The position numbers were made by a program, and so were the translations under genes. Of a stretch of DNA of 33,466 nt, positions 31,575 to 33,466 are shown piece after piece; positions within the stretch are counted from its first letter, which is position 1, and the number at the start of each line of letters is the position of its first letter. Source of the stretch: Craspedostauros australis (Eukaryota); the NCBI GenBank assembly GCA_030167865.1, contig JALAGF010001966.1, positions 1-33,466 on the forward strand. The letters run 5' to 3'. The notes under the pieces are model-generated. The model was given only the letters and a program-made list of their open reading frames with translations. It was not told the origin of the DNA and made no database searches.

Positions 31575-32491
31575 GGTCGATAGCTGCGGAGGTCTTGTCC
31601 TCGCGATTCCACGATTGTTCTTGCGCTTATTCCTGTTGGCTGTTGCTCTTGTTGTTGCTGCGTCTTGGTTCTTGGCTGGATTTGGCTTCTGATGCATGCG
31701 AACGGGGAGGCCTCCGTCTCTTGAGCTCTGTGCATCATGTCAGATCTTGTCCCCTCTTCGGATTGCGGAAGTGTTCGGATCGTGGGGGTCGAGGAGAATC
31801 TTTCGAATCGTGGAAACATGGCACATCAGAACATCGGGACGCCTCACCCATCTCTGTGGTTGGCGGATCCTCCTTTCCTGTGCGCACAATGGGGACATGG
31901 CACACATCACACCATGTCCCGCTGCAACGCAATTCAATGCAGCACAATGCCAGAACATGAATGCGGAGCGATCGGGCCGCAATGGAAGAACATGATCGAA
32001 CGAGCAGATGGACGGACGCATGGATGAGTGTACTTGAGAGTGATTGCAGATGAATCAGAGTGCTGTACCCATTCGAAGTTGCTCGCATTTCGCTGGCCAC
32101 AAACACGATTGATCGTCTTGTCTCACCATTGAAAAATGCAGCAGATTCAAACGGTGGAAATTCAGGGAGCGCGTGTACATAGTGTTGTGGCGTTGTTGGC
32201 TCCGTCTGCACGAGTGGGAGGCAACAAGAACAACCAGAACGAGGGGTAATGAACAAAGGAGGACATGATTCTGACTTGTCGTGGAGGATCCTCGATGCGT
32301 CAGTGAGCACATATATGATCGTAGAATTGGCTGCAGGCACAGCCTCCACCAGAACTAAACATGGATGTGTCTGCACTAGTCCCGATACTCGATTGCTGCC
32401 ACGTACCTCCCATTGAACGCGCCGATTGTCCACGGGCACGCAGCCATACCGAAAGTTTCGTGATTCGTTTGCTTTCGTGATAGATGTCCTA

Positions 32492-32525
32492 CATCAACGC
32501 ATCAACGCATCGACGCATCGACGCA
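32492..32525. repeat. 8-bp tandem repeat (CATCRACG)x4
   Basis: CATCAACG CATCAACG CATCGACG CATCGACG CA, read directly. Confidence 0.85.
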
Positions 32526-33466
32526 GATAGACGTGTGCGTTGAAAACGCCATTTCAGCACTTCGCGAAAGGCGCCTTGGTTGCAGCGGGTCAAAGAACAT
32601 CGATTCTTCGTATTTGTGATCCTTGATCAACCATCATCTCCACTTGACCATTTCCAAACTAGCCCAGCACCGGTTGGGGGACATGCCATGGGTGGTCGTA
32701 TCTCATGGGTACGATATCACAAACAAGCTCATACAACTCCACACACTCTCCCTGTTGGACACGCCATCCTGATCTCAAGGTCGCCAACAAAAGAGGCGGA
32801 AGCCTGTGCGTTTCTGGTAGCGGCGCGAACATCAGCAACGGAAGTCATCGTTCCTGGGTGCGCATGGACACCAGTCCATGTGGTACAGATTCTTCCATAC
32901 TCAATCGGTCAACCGAAGCACATGAATCAACGGCTGCTCCAGGGAGCAGGGGAAATAGTGGAAGCATTGACCGATGCTGGGAAAATTCACTCATTTACCG
33001 CAATTTTATGCCGCACATTTCCCAGGACTAAAAACGAGTCCCATTGCATTTGTCAGGTATGATGCGTAGCGCTTTGTAAGAACTTCACATGTACTCTGTT
33101 GACTACTCCATGTATTGTACAATGATACCATCAGCTTTGTGTATCGCTATTTCCGAGACACGTCCAAGTCGTGTTGTCTTCGTTGTTCCAACAATGACGT
33201 CGACAACCAACTTGTCCGAGCAGCCGCCGGTCGAGGCGCTTGCGTTTCATGCGCGTGTGCTGCCATTCTCCTCGTATTTGCGAAGAGCGTTTTTGGATTG
33301 TTCTCGCCTAGTCGCTCCGCCCATGCACGTTTCTTCGCAAATCGGATTGCTGTTGTTGTCTGACGTGAACTTTGCCTCCTCGCCGCTTCTGGCGAAAGGC
33401 AACGGAGCGTTTTGTCGACTTGTTGCTTCGATTGTTCGCCGCTTCCACATGGTCTTCGCGGAGGCT

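Noticed and set aside
31735..33466. ORFs in the last 1.7 kb, including 31735-32439, 32580-33062 and 33247-33450
   Set aside because: No recognisable motifs and several non-ATG starts. A gene entering from beyond the window edge cannot be excluded.
1..33466. tRNA/rRNA genes, transposase, reverse transcriptase, telomeric repeats
   Set aside because: None recognised by eye. tRNAscan-SE, Infernal and a TE library search would be needed to exclude degenerate copies.

Overview
Eukaryotic nuclear DNA with short GT-AG introns and compact gene spacing. The gene families point to a diatom, probably pennate; this is inferred from family content and no species can be assigned. Eight protein genes are well supported once splicing is reconstructed by hand: two type II membrane LRR receptor-like proteins (1242-3503 +, 23540-25741 -); two convergent two-TM receptor class III cyclase/phosphodiesterase fusions (6414-11026 +, 14391-18895 -) that flank a membrane-anchored family S1 sulfatase with an 18-nt micro-exon (11417-13751 -); a Bmt5/DUF2431 plus FDX-ACB protein (FDXACB1-like); SDHAF3; and a YbhE/Pgl-type beta-propeller lactonase. 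There are also two candidate small genes, several tandem repeats and two stretches resembling decayed genes. I found no RNA genes, CRISPR array or recognisable transposase. The most interesting signals are a possible cell-surface sensing neighbourhood (LRR, cyclase/PDE, sulfatase), non-canonical nucleotide-specificity residues in both fusions, RXL-bearing ectodomain inserts, a frame-preserving micro-exon carrying the sulfatase metal ligands, and a DIExQV motif shared by three membrane proteins.
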